Assembly: GCF_006345805.1 (NCBI RefSeq)
Contig: NC_042999.1
Location: 125,178,001 to 125,242,000, forward strand
Source of the DNA: Octopus sinensis
Lineage: Eukaryota
Reading direction: 5' to 3'
DNA: 64,000 nucleotides
Shown: positions 50,120 to 63,857 of the stretch, in pieces
Layout: every line of letters starts with the position of its first letter
How positions within the stretch are numbered: the stretch's first letter is position 1
Notes under the pieces: generated by a model
The model's database searches: none
What the model was told of the DNA's origin: nothing
Seen by the model: the letters and a program-made list of their open reading frames with translations, nothing else
Made by a program: the position numbers and the translations under genes

Positions 50120-50270
50120 TCTCTCCTTGTTTTTTTTTGTGTCCCTTTCTGTAGAAGAGCGTAGGCTCGAAATGTAAAAGACTTTTTCGATTCCTGAGCG
50201 TTATACTAATACATCTGTTTGTTTTGTACACCACCTGTCTTCGTCTTTTGATTTTTACGTGAACTCTCCC

Positions 50271-50298
<28 letters not shown>
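50075..50298 (+). mobile_element. Short Penelope-like derivative embedded in (TA)n
   Basis: A body of about 155 bp between two (TA)n runs, containing CTGTAGAAGAGCGTAGGCTCGAAATGTA. Confidence 0.55.
50145..50180 (+). ncRNA. Minimal type-I hammerhead ribozyme-like motif (degenerate)
   Basis: CUUU-CUGUAGA-A-GAGC-GUAG-GCUC-GAAA-UGUA-AAAG: the same architecture as 14259, with core A6U and ACGU changed to AUGU. Confidence 0.5.
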
Positions 50299-50306
<8 letters not shown>

Positions 50307-50554
50307 TGAGTGAAAGATATAATGATCCCAACCAACCCGACACATACACGTCTATAAATATGTACTAGATGTGAAACTACATAAGTGACTAGAGGGCCAT
50401 GAGTTTTTTTTTGTTTTTTTTTACTAAAGTACTTATCAAACTTATCTAATAAATAAGTGTATGTACTCTGCTTACGTATTTATTTCTATTTTACCCGTTT
50501 GTATCGCCAGACACGCGTGTGTCTATGTGTGTGTTCTTTCACACGCTCCATCAA

Positions 50555-50700
50555 GTAGAGTCCTAGGCAAACTGCGGTCCGTGGGACTTTCTGTGTGGCA
50601 TGCCTAACGTAAAAGTTACCTTGAACTTTTTTAGTGGTGCGGCCCGCCTGATGATGAGTCATGTTTCATGTGGCCCGCTTCTTGAAAAATGTTGTTGCTC
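50555..50700. mobile_element. hAT (Charlie-like) MITE remnant
   Basis: GGCAAACTGCGGTCCGTGGG...TGCGGCCCGC...TGTGGCCCGC...AAAAATGTTG: subterminal GGCCCGC repeats typical of hAT derivatives. Confidence 0.45.
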
Positions 50701-50999
50701 ATGCAAGATCTAATAGGAGGAGTGTCGTAATCATACCGGATATTGTCGAAATATACGATTTGAAGTTCCAAAATTAGGTCTTTAATCGATGATTTATTTC
50801 AACTCCTAAATTTGAAAAACAATATCGCTGATTTAGTCAAATGTCAATTACTTTTGTTTAAATTGATTAGCTACTGAACAAAAAATTCTAGTAATTAATT
50901 TAATTAATTTTCTTCATCGGAAGCTTAATCAAATTATATTGAATAGAAGGTGGAATGTTTGTTAAACAGTTCATCAATTTATGGTCAGAGTCTAATATT

Positions 51000-51057
<58 letters not shown>

Positions 51058-51304
51058 CCATCTAATTTTATACACGTTGGTCCCTTTTCTTTTCTTTCTC
51101 TTTTTATCATCGATCTTTCTCCCTCCCTTATCATTTTCTTTTTTTTTTCTTTTTGTGAAATGGAAGATTTCATGTGCAAACAAGGAGATAATTAAAAGTT
51201 ATCCGACCACAACGCTAAAGTTTATATATATATATATATATATAAAGAACCCTTGTCTGGGCCCTACATTTTCTGTTACCCCCATTCCTTAATAATGATA
51301 ATAA

Positions 51305-51964
51305 CCTTTTTTACAATAGGTACAAGACCTGAAATTATGTGAGATGGGTTAGGTCGATTACATCGACCCCAGTGCTGAGCTGGTACTTATTTTATCGACT
51401 CCGGAAGGATGGAAGGTAAAGTCAACCTCGGCAGAATTTGAACTCAGAATGTAAAGACAGACGAAATGCCACTAAGCATTATGCCCGGCGTGCTAACGAT
51501 TCTGCCAACTCACCGCCTTAATATTGATGACTTAAAATTTTGGCAGAAAGTCAGTAATTTCGGAGCGGGGTAAATCGATTACATCGACCCCTGTTCTCAA
51601 CTGGTACTTATTTTATCGACCCCGAAAGGGATAAAAGGCAAAGTCGATCTCGGCGGAATTTGAACTGCGAACGTAAAGAAGGACGAATTGCTGCTAAGCA
51701 TTTTGCCCGGCATGCTAACGATTCTGCCAGCTCGCCGCCGTAATAATAATAATCCTTTTTATTATAGACACAAAGCCTAAAATTTGGGGGAGGGGGATAG
51801 TCAATTACATCGACCTCAGTGCCTAACTGGTACTTAATTTATCGACCCCGAAAGGATGAAAGGCAAATTAGACCTCGGCGGGATTTGAACTCAGAATGTT
51901 GCGACAGGCGAAATACCGCTTAGCACTTCGTCCGGCGTGCTAATGATTCTGCCAACGCACCGCC

Positions 51965-51966
<2 letters not shown>
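51305..51966 (-). mobile_element. Three head-to-tail family-A SINEs, followed by (AAT)n at 51967-52025
   Basis: Copies at about 51305-51518, 51530-51740 and 51755-51966, each ending ...GATTCTGCCA(A/G)C..(A/G)CCGCC on +. Confidence 0.9.
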
Positions 51967-52026
<60 letters not shown>

Positions 52027-52396
52027 TGAAAAAAAAGACATTATGTGAAGCATTTCAATCGATTCAGTATTCATTCATGTGGAAAACGGGTTGAAGATCT
52101 ATGGGTGGGGGAATATTTTAATTCACATTGTATCAGTAGAGGGATATCTGAAATAAGAGGTTCAACAAGTTTTGCCATTAAGGCTTGCTAACTGAGATCG
52201 AAACTGACTATAATTAGCGAGCAGCCGCAATGGATGACTTTTGATTGAAGTTAATTACTTCTGAAGCTTTTATTCCACATTTCTTAATTACATCAATACT
52301 ACTGAGGGACAGTTTTCTTGAATGCAACGCTACAGAGTCCTTCCACATCCCATCACTCATACTCATACTTGTTTATCATCTCTGCTTCCTTTATTA

Positions 52397-52438
<42 letters not shown>

Positions 52439-53119
52439 GCATCCTATCCTTTCAGTCCCTTTTTCTCCAGTAACGATTTATCGTACTATTGTCACCTTTC
52501 ATTCTGCCCCTGTAAACGTCAATGTAAATAGCTATATAATGGTTTTCAAATGGAAATAATGGCCCGTCTTGTCGCTAACGATCGCCTTTGTTCTCGCTTA
52601 ATTAACTTGTGAAACTATAAAAAGAAAAAAAAAAGCCCCGCAGTCAAACCAACAAGTGTTTCTTTTCATTCCGGAGGCAAATATCATTAACTTGAACCAA
52701 TAAACCCTTTAATTTACATTATCGGAATATTTCCATGGATTTGCCTTTTGAGAGGATGATGATCGAAGAATATGCACATCTAATAATCAAACTGACGCGC
52801 GCGTGTGTATGTGTGTGTTCTAATTTGTTAAGTGCAAGGTGAAGCCTTTCTGATTCTGCGGTTTCAGAGTGCGTCAATCAAAATGCTTAAATAAATAGAT
52901 CATGACATTTTGACCATATATGTTCATTTATAAAGCGAGGCATGATGGAATAAAGATTTTTTCTAAAAAATCAGTTTTCAATTAATGTTTTATTTATTCT
53001 TTTTTATTTTTTTATTTGCATCTTTTGGGTCCAAACCGCTACAAAAAAGGTTTTTGTTTGTTTTTATTTTTTCTCATCAAAAACTTATTTTTTACATTAG
53101 GGAAAGTAAGTCTTCGAGG

Positions 53120-53760
53120 GAAGAGTAAGTCGATTACATCGACCCCAGTGCTCAGCTGGTACTTATTTTACTGGCCTTGAAAAGATGAAAGGCGAAGTCG
53201 ATCTCGGCGGAATTTGAACTCAGAACGTAAAGAGGGCGGAAATGGCGTTAAGTTATTTTGCCTGGCGTGTTGACAATTCTGTCAGCTCGCTTCCTTAAAT
53301 GAAACGGAATACTTCAAATCAATTTATTCTGAAACTATACCATTTCCGTTATTCCACCGCATATAATTTCTAGTGAGACTGATAACAGTCTATTTTGATT
53401 TCAGACAACTGAGTTGTCGTTTATATTGCCATATGGACTCTATTGCTTGGAGAAAGGGTGTAGTGAAATATAACTAACTTCCCCTATATTAGGGAAAGAT
53501 AAACACTGAAAGAAGGTATTATTTAAAACAGTTCTGTTCAACTTGGGGTAATAACGGTTTTTGTTCTTTAATATTCGAAAGAACTCGAGGGCGGCAAGCT
53601 GGCAGAGTTGTTAGCACACCGGGAAAAATGTTTAGCGGAATTTCGCCGAGGTTGACTTTGCCTTTCAACCTTTCGGGGTCAATAAAATAAATACCATTTG
53701 AGCACTGGAGTCATCATAATCGACTTAGCCTCTCCCCCGAAATTGCTGGCTTATGATATA
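53120..53760. mobile_element. Two divergently oriented family-A SINEs (53120-53300 minus; 53588-53760 plus)
   Basis: Both contain the GTCGA..TTTGCCTTTCA body, in opposite orientations. Confidence 0.8.
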
Positions 53761-54049
53761 ATTTGAAATCAATATTTAAAGAACTCAAGAGTGAAGCTAC
53801 GTTTCTTTATGTTATAAATTCTAATTCTAAAATAGTTGATATTGTATTTTATCCTTCCGTTGTCATTATAAAATAAATACTAGTAATATACTGCAATCGT
53901 GTATCAATGTTGGAAATCAATATTTAAAGGAGCAACCGCATTATTAATTATTGTCATTGTTTCGAATTTTTGCCACGTAAAAACACGAGCAATATTACTC
54001 TGGTTTAGGAAGAATAAAAAGGACTTGTTTAATTACATATTATCTTTTA

Positions 54050-54406
54050 TCTTTTTATTTGTTTCGGTTATTAAACTGCCGCCATGCTGGGGCACCACTC
54101 TGAAAAACTTTTGAATCGCTCCCAGGAATTTTTTTTTTAAGCCTGATACTTATTTTATCCTTCTCTTTTTGCCGAACCGCTAACTTACAGGGACGTAAAC
54201 ACACCAACACCGATTGTCAAACGGTGTTGGAGGACAAACACAGACATGAACACACACACACACACACACACACCACACACACAGAGGCTTCTTTCTGTCT
54301 ACCAAATCCACCCACAAGGTCGGCCCAAGGCTATAGTAGAAGAGACTTGCCCAAGGTGCTACTCAGTGGGACTGAACCCGGAATCATGTGGGGAAGTAAG
54401 CTTCTT
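54050..54406 (-). mobile_element. Family-B SINE, interrupted; its 5' tip continues at 56203-56235
   Basis: Reads ...CCCGGAATCATGTGGGGAAGTAAGCTTCTT, then after 1.8 kb GGAAGCAAGCTTCTTACCACACAG, the expected continuation (compare 60235-60270). Confidence 0.85.
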
Positions 54407-56202
54407 TATTTCATTAAAAATTACTATACAGGCATTACAAAGAGGGGACAAACGAGGACAGACAAACATAAAAGGGTGAAGAAGTTATGACGATTAAAAA
54501 GTTCATTTTATCAAATGATGAATCGTTTAAAAATTTTATGATACACACTGCAACATGCAGTGTATTCCTTGAAGGAAAGGCATCCAGCCACCAGGGTAGA
54601 ACCTTACTTTTCTTCCGGGGCTCCACTTACCTGATGCCACTCACTCCCAGTTTTCTTGCCACAAGCTTCGATCTTTTATTGAATCTTTCTCGTGACAGGT
54701 ACCTCTTCTCCAGCCTGATCTTACTACTGAGGTGGTTACTAAAAAAATTAATTTTCCTTTTTTTCTGGGGTCTTTTTTATTGTTTGTGGTGAGGTGCTGC
54801 TCCCCCCCCCTTTTGTGGGGGATGTGGATGGGGAAGGTTCGTGAGTTCGTTTCCGAACTAACGTGAACTCCCCTCGACCACCTCCATGGTGTCGTCAGGG
54901 GAAGTTATGCGTTCTGGTGCCACTTTAGGGAGGGTGGATGTATTTGGTGTTGTCGGGGCCTGTGTGTGCATGGGCTGGGGATTTTGGGTGTCATGTTTGG
55001 GGGCGGACACCATAGATAGGGGAGTGGGAATTTTTGTTTCTGCGGTGGTTAATGTGTGTTCGGGTCCGGGGTATTTTTGAATAGTTGCAGGGCCTGGTGT
55101 CTGCGTCACTTTCTTGTGCCATTGCTCACAGTCTACACGAACGTGACCTTTTTACCACATTCGTAACATTTTGGTTTTTTTCCTTCTGCGTAGATTCTTA
55201 ACACGATATCTTCACCCAAGAGCACTCAGTCTGGAAGCATTTCGATGTCTTCCTGAGCCCCCTGGATGATTGCTGAAATGCTCTATCCGAGTTAGTTTTG
55301 ATGTGCAATGCATGTAATCTATAACATTTTTATTTTGCCATTACTTTCCAAGCTTCGATTTCAGATGGTACCTCTGCCACCTTTATGCGGGCAGTTCGCC
55401 TCCCCATATAGGTTGGCAGAAGCACCACTTACTTCGTTTTCAAGGGGCTCGCCGAGTGCTCTTCGGCCTTTTATTCATTTTCGAATCTTGTTTCAATCGT
55501 GCCATATGTCCGGCCCCTCACTATGTATTTTACATCTTTCCATATGGGGGCCAGACATTTTTCGATTTTGCACTGCTCAGAGTGCTTAAACGTTTTGGGT
55601 GACGGACAGTACGTTTTAAAAACGACTGTCTGCCGTTTTAATTCTTCGATACTGGAGGAGGGTGATATTTTTATATCCCCTCTTTCCTCCTTCATTCGTT
55701 CAAGGAGCTCGGAGAGCTTTTCTTTCGGTAGTGTTACATTTTCACTTACCACCGCGGCAACTGCCAAAAACTTTTTCACTGGCTCCTCCAGTTTACTTTT
55801 TTTCATGAATTATTTCGACCGACATACTCGGCCGAAATTAATTCTTCACACAAAAAATAATTTTTAAAATCCCTAAAAAGGGAAACCTATAATAGGTTTT
55901 TTCACCAACAGTTAAGATCCCACCACCCACTGGAGGGAGGGGTGCAACAATAAAGCTTACAACAGCTTTTACAAGTTCAATTTTTAAACAAGCAACAAGG
56001 AAAGAAACCAACTAACAATTGCCAAAATGGATTCACAAAAATCCAATTTCTGCTTCTCGGCACCGGGAAACAGCATAGTTCAAAGTTCAACAATAATCCA
56101 CTACAATGGCACACGGTTAACAAATCCAATAATGAATAAATTCAACAATCAACAAAACGTCCGACTTACAAACAAGCAAAAAACGCGTCCAACACCGGAA
56201 AC
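54407..56202 (-). mobile_element. ORF1-only (HAL1-like) non-autonomous L1/Tx1-type retroelement with 15-bp TSD
   Basis: TSD GGAAG(T/C)AAGCTTCTT (54392-54406 and 56203-56217); 5' UTR of about 396 nt; gag-like ORF1 from 55806; 3' end ...AATGAAATA/AAG forming AATAAA; no endonuclease or RT sequence in 1796 bp. Confidence 0.8.
54858..55806 (-). pseudogene. Decayed ORF1 (gag-like) with CX2CX4HX4C zinc knuckle
   Basis: MKKSKLEEPVKK...TIETRFENE*KAEEHSASPLKTK*VVLLPTYMGRRTARIKVAEVPSEIEAWKV...LPD*VLLGEDIVLRIYAEGKKPKCYECGK(K)GHVRVDC, then a Pro/Thr-rich tail. The knuckle needs one base restored in an A run; at least 4 stops. Confidence 0.8.
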
Positions 56203-57630
56203 GGAAGCAAGCTTCTTACCACACAGTCACACATACATATTACTATGTATGTGTTTAATCATGCATATTAGTATGTATTTATAGTGTGCGTGCATGACCG
56301 TGCCTTGATTCCATTCGCTACTCATAACGAAAGGAGACGTCCCATAGCAAAGTGATATTCGCCATTATTCTGTCGTCTGTTGAAGCAAGTCTCTAATGTC
56401 AGCATTAAACTACTTATATCTCACAATCTTCCTGTCTCTCTATCAGCGGATAATTTCCAACTCTTTCAACTTCACATTAACCGCATTAACTTTTCAATCC
56501 TGTAGTCTTGGGAAAAGCTAACCTGCATAGGTGCCACCTCATTTGTTTCCCTCCCCTCGTTTCAGCAACATGGCCCCCGCTGCCTCCCCATTTTTATTCT
56601 CTGATCTCTGCATCCTGTTATCAGTAACAAATCTAACACTGTGTGAAATCAGTTATCTTTTCATCTCGTTATGTGCTGAGGCCAGCATCTTTACTAATTC
56701 ATCAAAATGAAATCTCTTGACATGCCAATCCCTTTCTATACTCTGTAATAAAACTTATCCCTTCCTGGGTATTTCGAAATATCTTCAGTTAAGATAATGT
56801 TGATAACGACGACGACTAAAACTAATTTCTATGTATAATAGAAAGAATATTTTAGTAGCAAACGTGAAGGGTACTAGCGAAGCCCAGTAAATGAAGTACA
56901 CGGTTGGTGGCCATAGTGTGGTGGAATGAAAATTATCATAGCTCTGCATACATTTGTAATTCCAAATCCGATGTCTTATCATTGAAGTATTACATGCTTT
57001 TCAATAACCGACTATAAGAAAAATAACACAATAGCATTCCAGACACCACAATCCAATGCATACATCCCTCCTCATACACACAGTGAATGTGGAAATGTAT
57101 ATCGTTACACAATCTTTATATTATAATGATGGTGAAGTTAGTTGTTCTGTCATACAACTGCTGGTTCAGTTCGCAATTCTCCCCCGCCTCACACTGTGTG
57201 TGTGTGTGTGTACATACATGCACAGTGATGCTCCATAAGTATTCATAACGTCTAGAATAAGACTGATTTTTTAAAAATATTCTTTTCATCACTAATCTGT
57301 TTGTAATATCTATTGTATTTTATTTATACCTTATCGATATACACAATTTCATTAAATTATTAATTAATGTTTACAACAGATAACAATCACAATTAACAAA
57401 ATTCAAAAAATTAAAAGACGGCGCGTGTGCAAAATTATTCATGACATTTTGTTTAACAACTAATTGCGAAGCTTTTATTATCTATATATTTAATCTTTTT
57501 TTATATATAATTAGAAACTAATTTAACACACATTTTAAATCAACTTTTGCCTGTCCCTCATACGTAACCGTCTCTAAAACGTTCAGATTTGGTGGGTATC
57601 TTTTCTTAATGTGTTTGGCACCAAATATTT

Positions 57631-57703
<73 letters not shown>

Positions 57704-59815
57704 CAATAAGAAAATGGAGGGGATCAATAGGTGGTATTCATCAACTTTTAGACATTATATTATGTCAATTTATTTATTTACTAAAATGACATTTACAACA
57801 ATATACATATATGTATAACATGCTTTACATATATAATTTATAAAGATACCAGTAATTATTAAAATATATAGCATACAGGAATAGAAATTGGGAAAATATC
57901 TTACAGCTGTTTCAGCCAAGAGGCTAAAATACCTCATTCAACCTTTATCCTTCAAGTAGACTGAAGTAACACACACACACATATTGGACCGGCGGCGCGC
58001 TGCCTCTTTGTGCAATGTACTTCATGTTACGTTGTTCTATTCAGCCGATAATGAGTAGCAGTCGAGTACAAGCGTAGTTCTCACTTTCTCTAACGTCCTT
58101 GATGTTCTGCTGGGCCAAGGTTGAGTGGACCACTACGGCATTGTCATCTGAAACAACTAGTGAAAGTATTGTACCTACTACCAAGGTCATGCAGGCTCGC
58201 GAGTGACGGCTTTGGTTTCATATATGTATATAGTGGGTAAATAAGATATTGTAGCTGACAGCTGACTTCGTAAGACCAGGTCAAACACAATTCTACTCTA
58301 CCCAAGTATTATTGTATTGTTTGGAGATAGATATACTCTCCCAGTTATGTTCTAGCATTTCTAGCTAAGTTCTACTTATGTTGAAAACCAGTCAAGATCC
58401 GGCATGATTCATATACTGACAACGGTCGAATCTATTTGAGGAATGACAGAAAAGGATTGGATCACTTAGGGCTATACCTAAACAGCTGTGGTAGTGTGCA
58501 GAGTAGTGATGGTCATATTTCTGTTTATATTTTGTTGAATGCAGATATACTGGGTAAGTAGAGATCAGTTCTCTGGCACCTGGGTCGTAAGTACATTTTT
58601 CTCTGCAGTTCTTATATTCTGTTCTTGAAGAAAACATAACTCTAATTTCCTATCGATTATTCCTAATTAATAAACTTTTTTTTATTTGTTTCAAAAATTA
58701 CTATTTACGTTTTAATTTCTTATTCTGGGTACTTAAAAATAGCATTGCATGATATTTGTAACAAGGAGGGACTTTTTCTAATTAATGATACGGTTATAAT
58801 TCTGCTAAATACTTAATCGTATAAATGTGATTACTGATTATGGAAATGGTGACATCAGAAAAGCCTGGCAGCCCTTGCCTTATATATTTACTAACCTCGT
58901 TTATCAGTACTGCTGTGCACGACCAAGGTGTGTATTTAATATACCCCGCTATGCAATATAGTTGTATGTCTGTTTGGGATACACTAAACTGTACTCTACA
59001 CATTTTGTGGCCGGCAATTTTCTTTTATAAATACAACTTATTTATGCATATGGTTATAATTGTTACTATTTGTGATGCGGGTGGGCTGGCTGGCTGGCTG
59101 GTAAGAACGAGTGGAAATGTAACATTTTGATATTTAACAGACTAGGGGCTTTATATTTTTGTTCTATTTGTTTACCCTTGCAAGTAGTTGTTAAGGATTT
59201 ATAGTTTTATTTCCAGTACTTCGTTCCTCTCGAAAAAAAAAAACAATGAATACTTCTGGAATGGATAAGCACTTTGCTGTTGAAAGTTAATCCCCTGCCA
59301 CTTGCCTGTTGTAACTGGAATGGAGCCGAGATTACTGTTGTATATTTTTGTGAGAAAATGGTTACCGAATCTATTGTCTGACAGTTAATTTAGGTCGGTG
59401 GGTTGGTAAAAAAAACAGCTTCAGTAATTTCAATGCCAGCAGCAACTGCTGTTTCTCCTTGCCATATGAGTTACAGGTGTGAACCACCGAGATAGAAGAG
59501 TTCAAGATTCTAATCATAGGTTGTTATTAATCTTTAATCGGAAGTTGAATAACCACCAACTTTGGAGCGTTTTTGCCCGGTAGCATGTTTTTTTTCTGTT
59601 TTTTTTTTTAAGGAAGATGCTCATCGGAGTCTCTTGTTGCTTCTTTCTTATTTTGATAGCTATATTTTGTTCAAAAGAAAAATATTCTTTAAGAAAACCA
59701 GTTTAATCTAAAACGTCGAAATACCATTATTACTGCCGTCATTTCACCTGATGTTTATTGAAGTTCAGATGTAATAGAGTGCAGACAAGATGACTGAATG
59801 ACTATGATATTGAAC

Positions 59816-59852
<37 letters not shown>

Positions 59853-60039
59853 GCCATGAGTTCAAATCTGCAGCGGATAGTTCATTACTTGTTGATAGAA
59901 ATTTGCAGAGCTCAAACAAACAGGTGGACAGCGGCCATTAAAAAGACCGTTGAAGTGTTTTAAGATTGAGCAGTTGATAGCCTTTGGATAACCTTTTGTG
60001 ACACGATTTGCCAGGATGCGTACGGATATTCTTTTATGT

Positions 60040-60275
60040 GTTTCAGTCTTTTGACTGCGACCATGCTGGAACACCACCTTTAGTCGAAGAAATTGACCCC
60101 AGGACGGGGTGACACACACACACACACATATATATATGTATATATACGACGGGCTTCTTTCAGTTTCCGTCTACCAAATCCACTCACAAGACCTTGGTCG
60201 GCCCGAGGCTATAGTAGAAGACACTTGCCGGAACCATGTGGTTGGGAAGCAAGCTTCTTACCACACACCCACTCC
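60040..60275 (-). mobile_element. Family-B SINE with internal deletions
   Basis: GACTGCGACCATGCTGGAACACCACC...TTTCAGTTTCCGTCTACCAAATCCACTCACAAG...GGAAGCAAGCTTCTTACCACAC. Confidence 0.85.
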
Positions 60276-63204
60276 TGCACCTGTATGTTTATATGTAAGA
60301 TATATCATAAACTTGTAGGTCATGGGCAAAAGTTAAAAGAATCTATAGCGGGCCATTCTAAAAAGTTGCTACTGATCCTTTAGTCAGGAATTAGTACCTG
60401 ACTGTTTGGAAATATTCAGCCTTAAACCAGACGCCATCAATCATTTCGGTCTGCTTTGACGTGGGATCAGAACTTGATCTGATTACATGCTGGCCAATGC
60501 GACGGCTCGTGTGGGTCAAAACCTATTAGCTCTAAAGGCATCAATGTTACTTAGGACATCAGTATTTACTAACATGGTGGATGCTCTTATTAGAGCGTAT
60601 TTGTATTGTATTATTAATATTCATTCAATTATCCAATTATTTCCATGTATATTGCAACAAATAATTGGAATTTACAACTCAGTGATTCGGTTAATTAATT
60701 CACGTTGAATGAATTAGACGTAGCTAGCCATCACAACTAAGTGGAAATCTTCCTCGACTACAAAATAGATATTTACACAAAATGTAAAAAAAAATATATA
60801 ATCATAGTCAATAATAAATAAAAATACATTTCATATTTTCAGTTTGAAGGGAAAAGTACTTTTGAAATAGAAATTGCGTTTATCCACTGTACTAAACAGG
60901 AGGCTACTGAAATGCAGTTGATTCGTGAAATCATTTGATTTACGTTAATGTGAAGATCTCCCCTTTCTAATGTAACTTGGGTAGATTTTTTTTTCCGCCA
61001 AAGCTAACACTTCAGGTCTTCTGATTCATCACTATTGTATCGCCAACTGTTCATAATTATTTCTCACTCCGATGCTTCCAATTTTTATTCGTCTGTGTCG
61101 TTACTGTTTATTTCCAGTTCCCCACTACTTTTACTGTTTTATTTCAATTTTTCTTTCCCTCTCCTTTGTTCTTGCATAGTCATAATATGTTCCTAGGCAA
61201 GTCGGCATGACTCTTATGTTAACTAGTCACACAATGAGATGATTGTTCACACAGTAAACAAAAATAATTACTTTTCCTCATATTTTATGTTTCACAGGAT
61301 CTAAAACAATACCTTTTTATTTTTTTTGTTTTTTTTTTGTTAGCACGCAGCAGTTAGTAATTTCTATCCTGTACATCAAAGCTTCTTTACAGCATATAAT
61401 AATATTGGTGATGTTATCAGAACATATTTGTATTATTTTATTAAGGTTTTTTAAGTAATCCAATCATTTCCGCCTATAATGCCAAAAAAATAATAGGATT
61501 TCGCAATCCAAGAGATCATTCCAAGATGACACTGAAATTACCTATTAATGCCGAAACAATTTATGATTTACAAAGGTGTCATATGGATGTCAACATTTAA
61601 TTTAGCGTGTATCGGCGGTAACGTACATCCATTCTTTGAGTACAGATACAAAATGACCGAGTGGATATATTGTTATACTACTAACTCAGGTGCATGGCGT
61701 TCCAATCCGCTACAAATGTCTCATATCTGTGTACATTACACTTAATTTTATATAATTCAATTCATCCTACATAAGGATGAATCAAGAATTTTACCTGCGG
61801 CAAGAATGGTGTTCTCACTAGACGAAACGCTATCTCTCAACTGCTCAACATCAGAAAGCTAGGACTAATCTCAAGAGTGTATTGGTTTAATATTCACCAG
61901 TTTGGATCGAAAGCCAATGGAAAAACTCTGTAACAACTTAACACTTGATTCTTTTCCAAGAATTGCACCTAACACCGTGGCCTCGGATGTTCACGAGTGG
62001 AATACTTTGGATCAGAGGATCTACTGATTCAGAACTGACCTACGGTTAAACAAGACTGTAATAACTCATTGTTCTGATTATCGCCTCCAATTCGTTTTCA
62101 TGGCCGTAACTTCTGTCAACATAAGCATTTTTTGGTTTTATCATTGATATATTACTCGAATCGATAAACAATTTTTCATTCCACTCTTTCTATTCCCCTC
62201 TAATAACGTAACTAGAGGGTGTGACCTCAGAGTAGCCCTTAAGTTTTCCGCCTCTCCCTCTAATACAGGCATATACAGCAGACCCAAAAGTGCTGTTCCC
62301 ATACAAACTCGCTCGGAGCGGGCCGCTTCCTTGCCCCATCTCCTTACTTTCTAGCGACGCTGCTGTCCCTCTATACATTTTTGTTCTCCAACAGTCATTT
62401 TGTCCCACACAGCTCTTTTTGTCTCGCACTATATTTTTCACCTGCACTATTTTTTGTGTCTCACGTCATACTTTTCATCTCTCCGCTCCCTTCTGACTTG
62501 CATGTCTTTCATACATCCCTACATAGTATTAATCTAAATTTTCTCATAGACTATAATAAAATAACGCAATTCTGACAACCTACCTACGCACTTTTAAAGG
62601 TAGCATTTTCTCTTTGGTTTTTAATGTTTTAGAACAACTCTTTTCTTCTACAATACTACTTTCTCAACTGTACCTCAATAAAATTCTCTACATGTTTAAT
62701 TCTGCTTTTCAGTCTGTGCGTGCTTTCAGATTATCAAGGAATAGCCTAACCCTTCTTGTAGTTTTCCCATCCCTTCATTTAGTGAACTATAATAGTGGTT
62801 ACAATACACATACATCACGTACACATACAAATTGTGTAGCATTGTTTCGATTATATGTCTTTCAAAGCAAATAATAGTTCATAATACGTTTTACTGTAAT
62901 TACAAGAATACTAAAGCCATTTGTTTTTCATCCATACTTAAAACACGAGCTGCTCATAGAAGATTCGTTCGAGATTCTAAACAATAGCTACTCACTTGAA
63001 GAAGCCTGGGTGCTTTATATTATCGAACCCGGATTGACGAAGGACAAAGTTGACGTTGGTGAGATTTGAATTCAGATCGTAAAAAAACTAGAAGTAAATA
63101 GCACAAGGTGTTTTATCCAACGCTCTACCACCTCTTCAAATCTACCACCATCTTTATAACAGGATGTAAGATAGTCATTGAAATCTGTACAAATTTTTCT
63201 GGCG

Positions 63205-63760
63205 CAGACGCGGGAGTTTAGTTAGACGTTTACTTCCCAGTCATGTGATTCTGATTCAATCCCCACTGCGTGGCACCTTAGTCAAGTGCCTTGCTATAGC
63301 CTCAGACCGATCAAAACCTTTTGAGTGTATTTGGTAGACGGAAACTGAAAGAAGCCCGTTATATTCTTTTATTCTTTTGTTTCATTCCTTTGACTGCGGC
63401 TATACTGGAGCACAGCCTTGAAGTATTTTAGGCGAACAAATCGACTTCAGGATTTCTTCTTTGTTAAGCCTAGTACTTATTCTATCGATCATTTTTGCCG
63501 AACCGCTAAGTTACGAGGACGTAAACACACCAACACCGGTTGTCAAGTGGTGATGGGGGATATGTTCCAGGACACAAAGAGACACACACGTAGATATATG
63601 CATATATATACGACTGGCTTCTTTCAGTTTCCGTCTACCAAATCCACTCAAGGCTTTGATCGGTTAGAGGCTACAGTTGAAGATACTTGCCCAAGGTTCC
63701 ACACAGTGGGACTGAACCCAGAACCATGTGGCTGGGAATCAAGCTTCTTACCACACGACT
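63205..63760. mobile_element. Inverted pair of family-B SINEs (63205-63360 plus, 5' half; 63380-63760 minus, near full length)
   Basis: GGTAGACGGAAACTGAAAGAAGCC (63331-63357) and its reverse complement GGCTTCTTTCAGTTTCCGTCTACC (63615-63639). Confidence 0.85.
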
Positions 63761-63764
63761 GCGT

Positions 63765-63857
<93 letters not shown>

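Noticed and set aside
58392-58637. 81-aa minus ORF and an overlapping plus-strand frame ending at CTGG|GTAAGT
   Set aside because: No recognisable motif and a weak acceptor; expected by chance in 64 kb.
62190-62500. 85-aa minus ORF, possibly LINE-derived
   Set aside because: Similarity to RTE C-termini is too weak to support a call.
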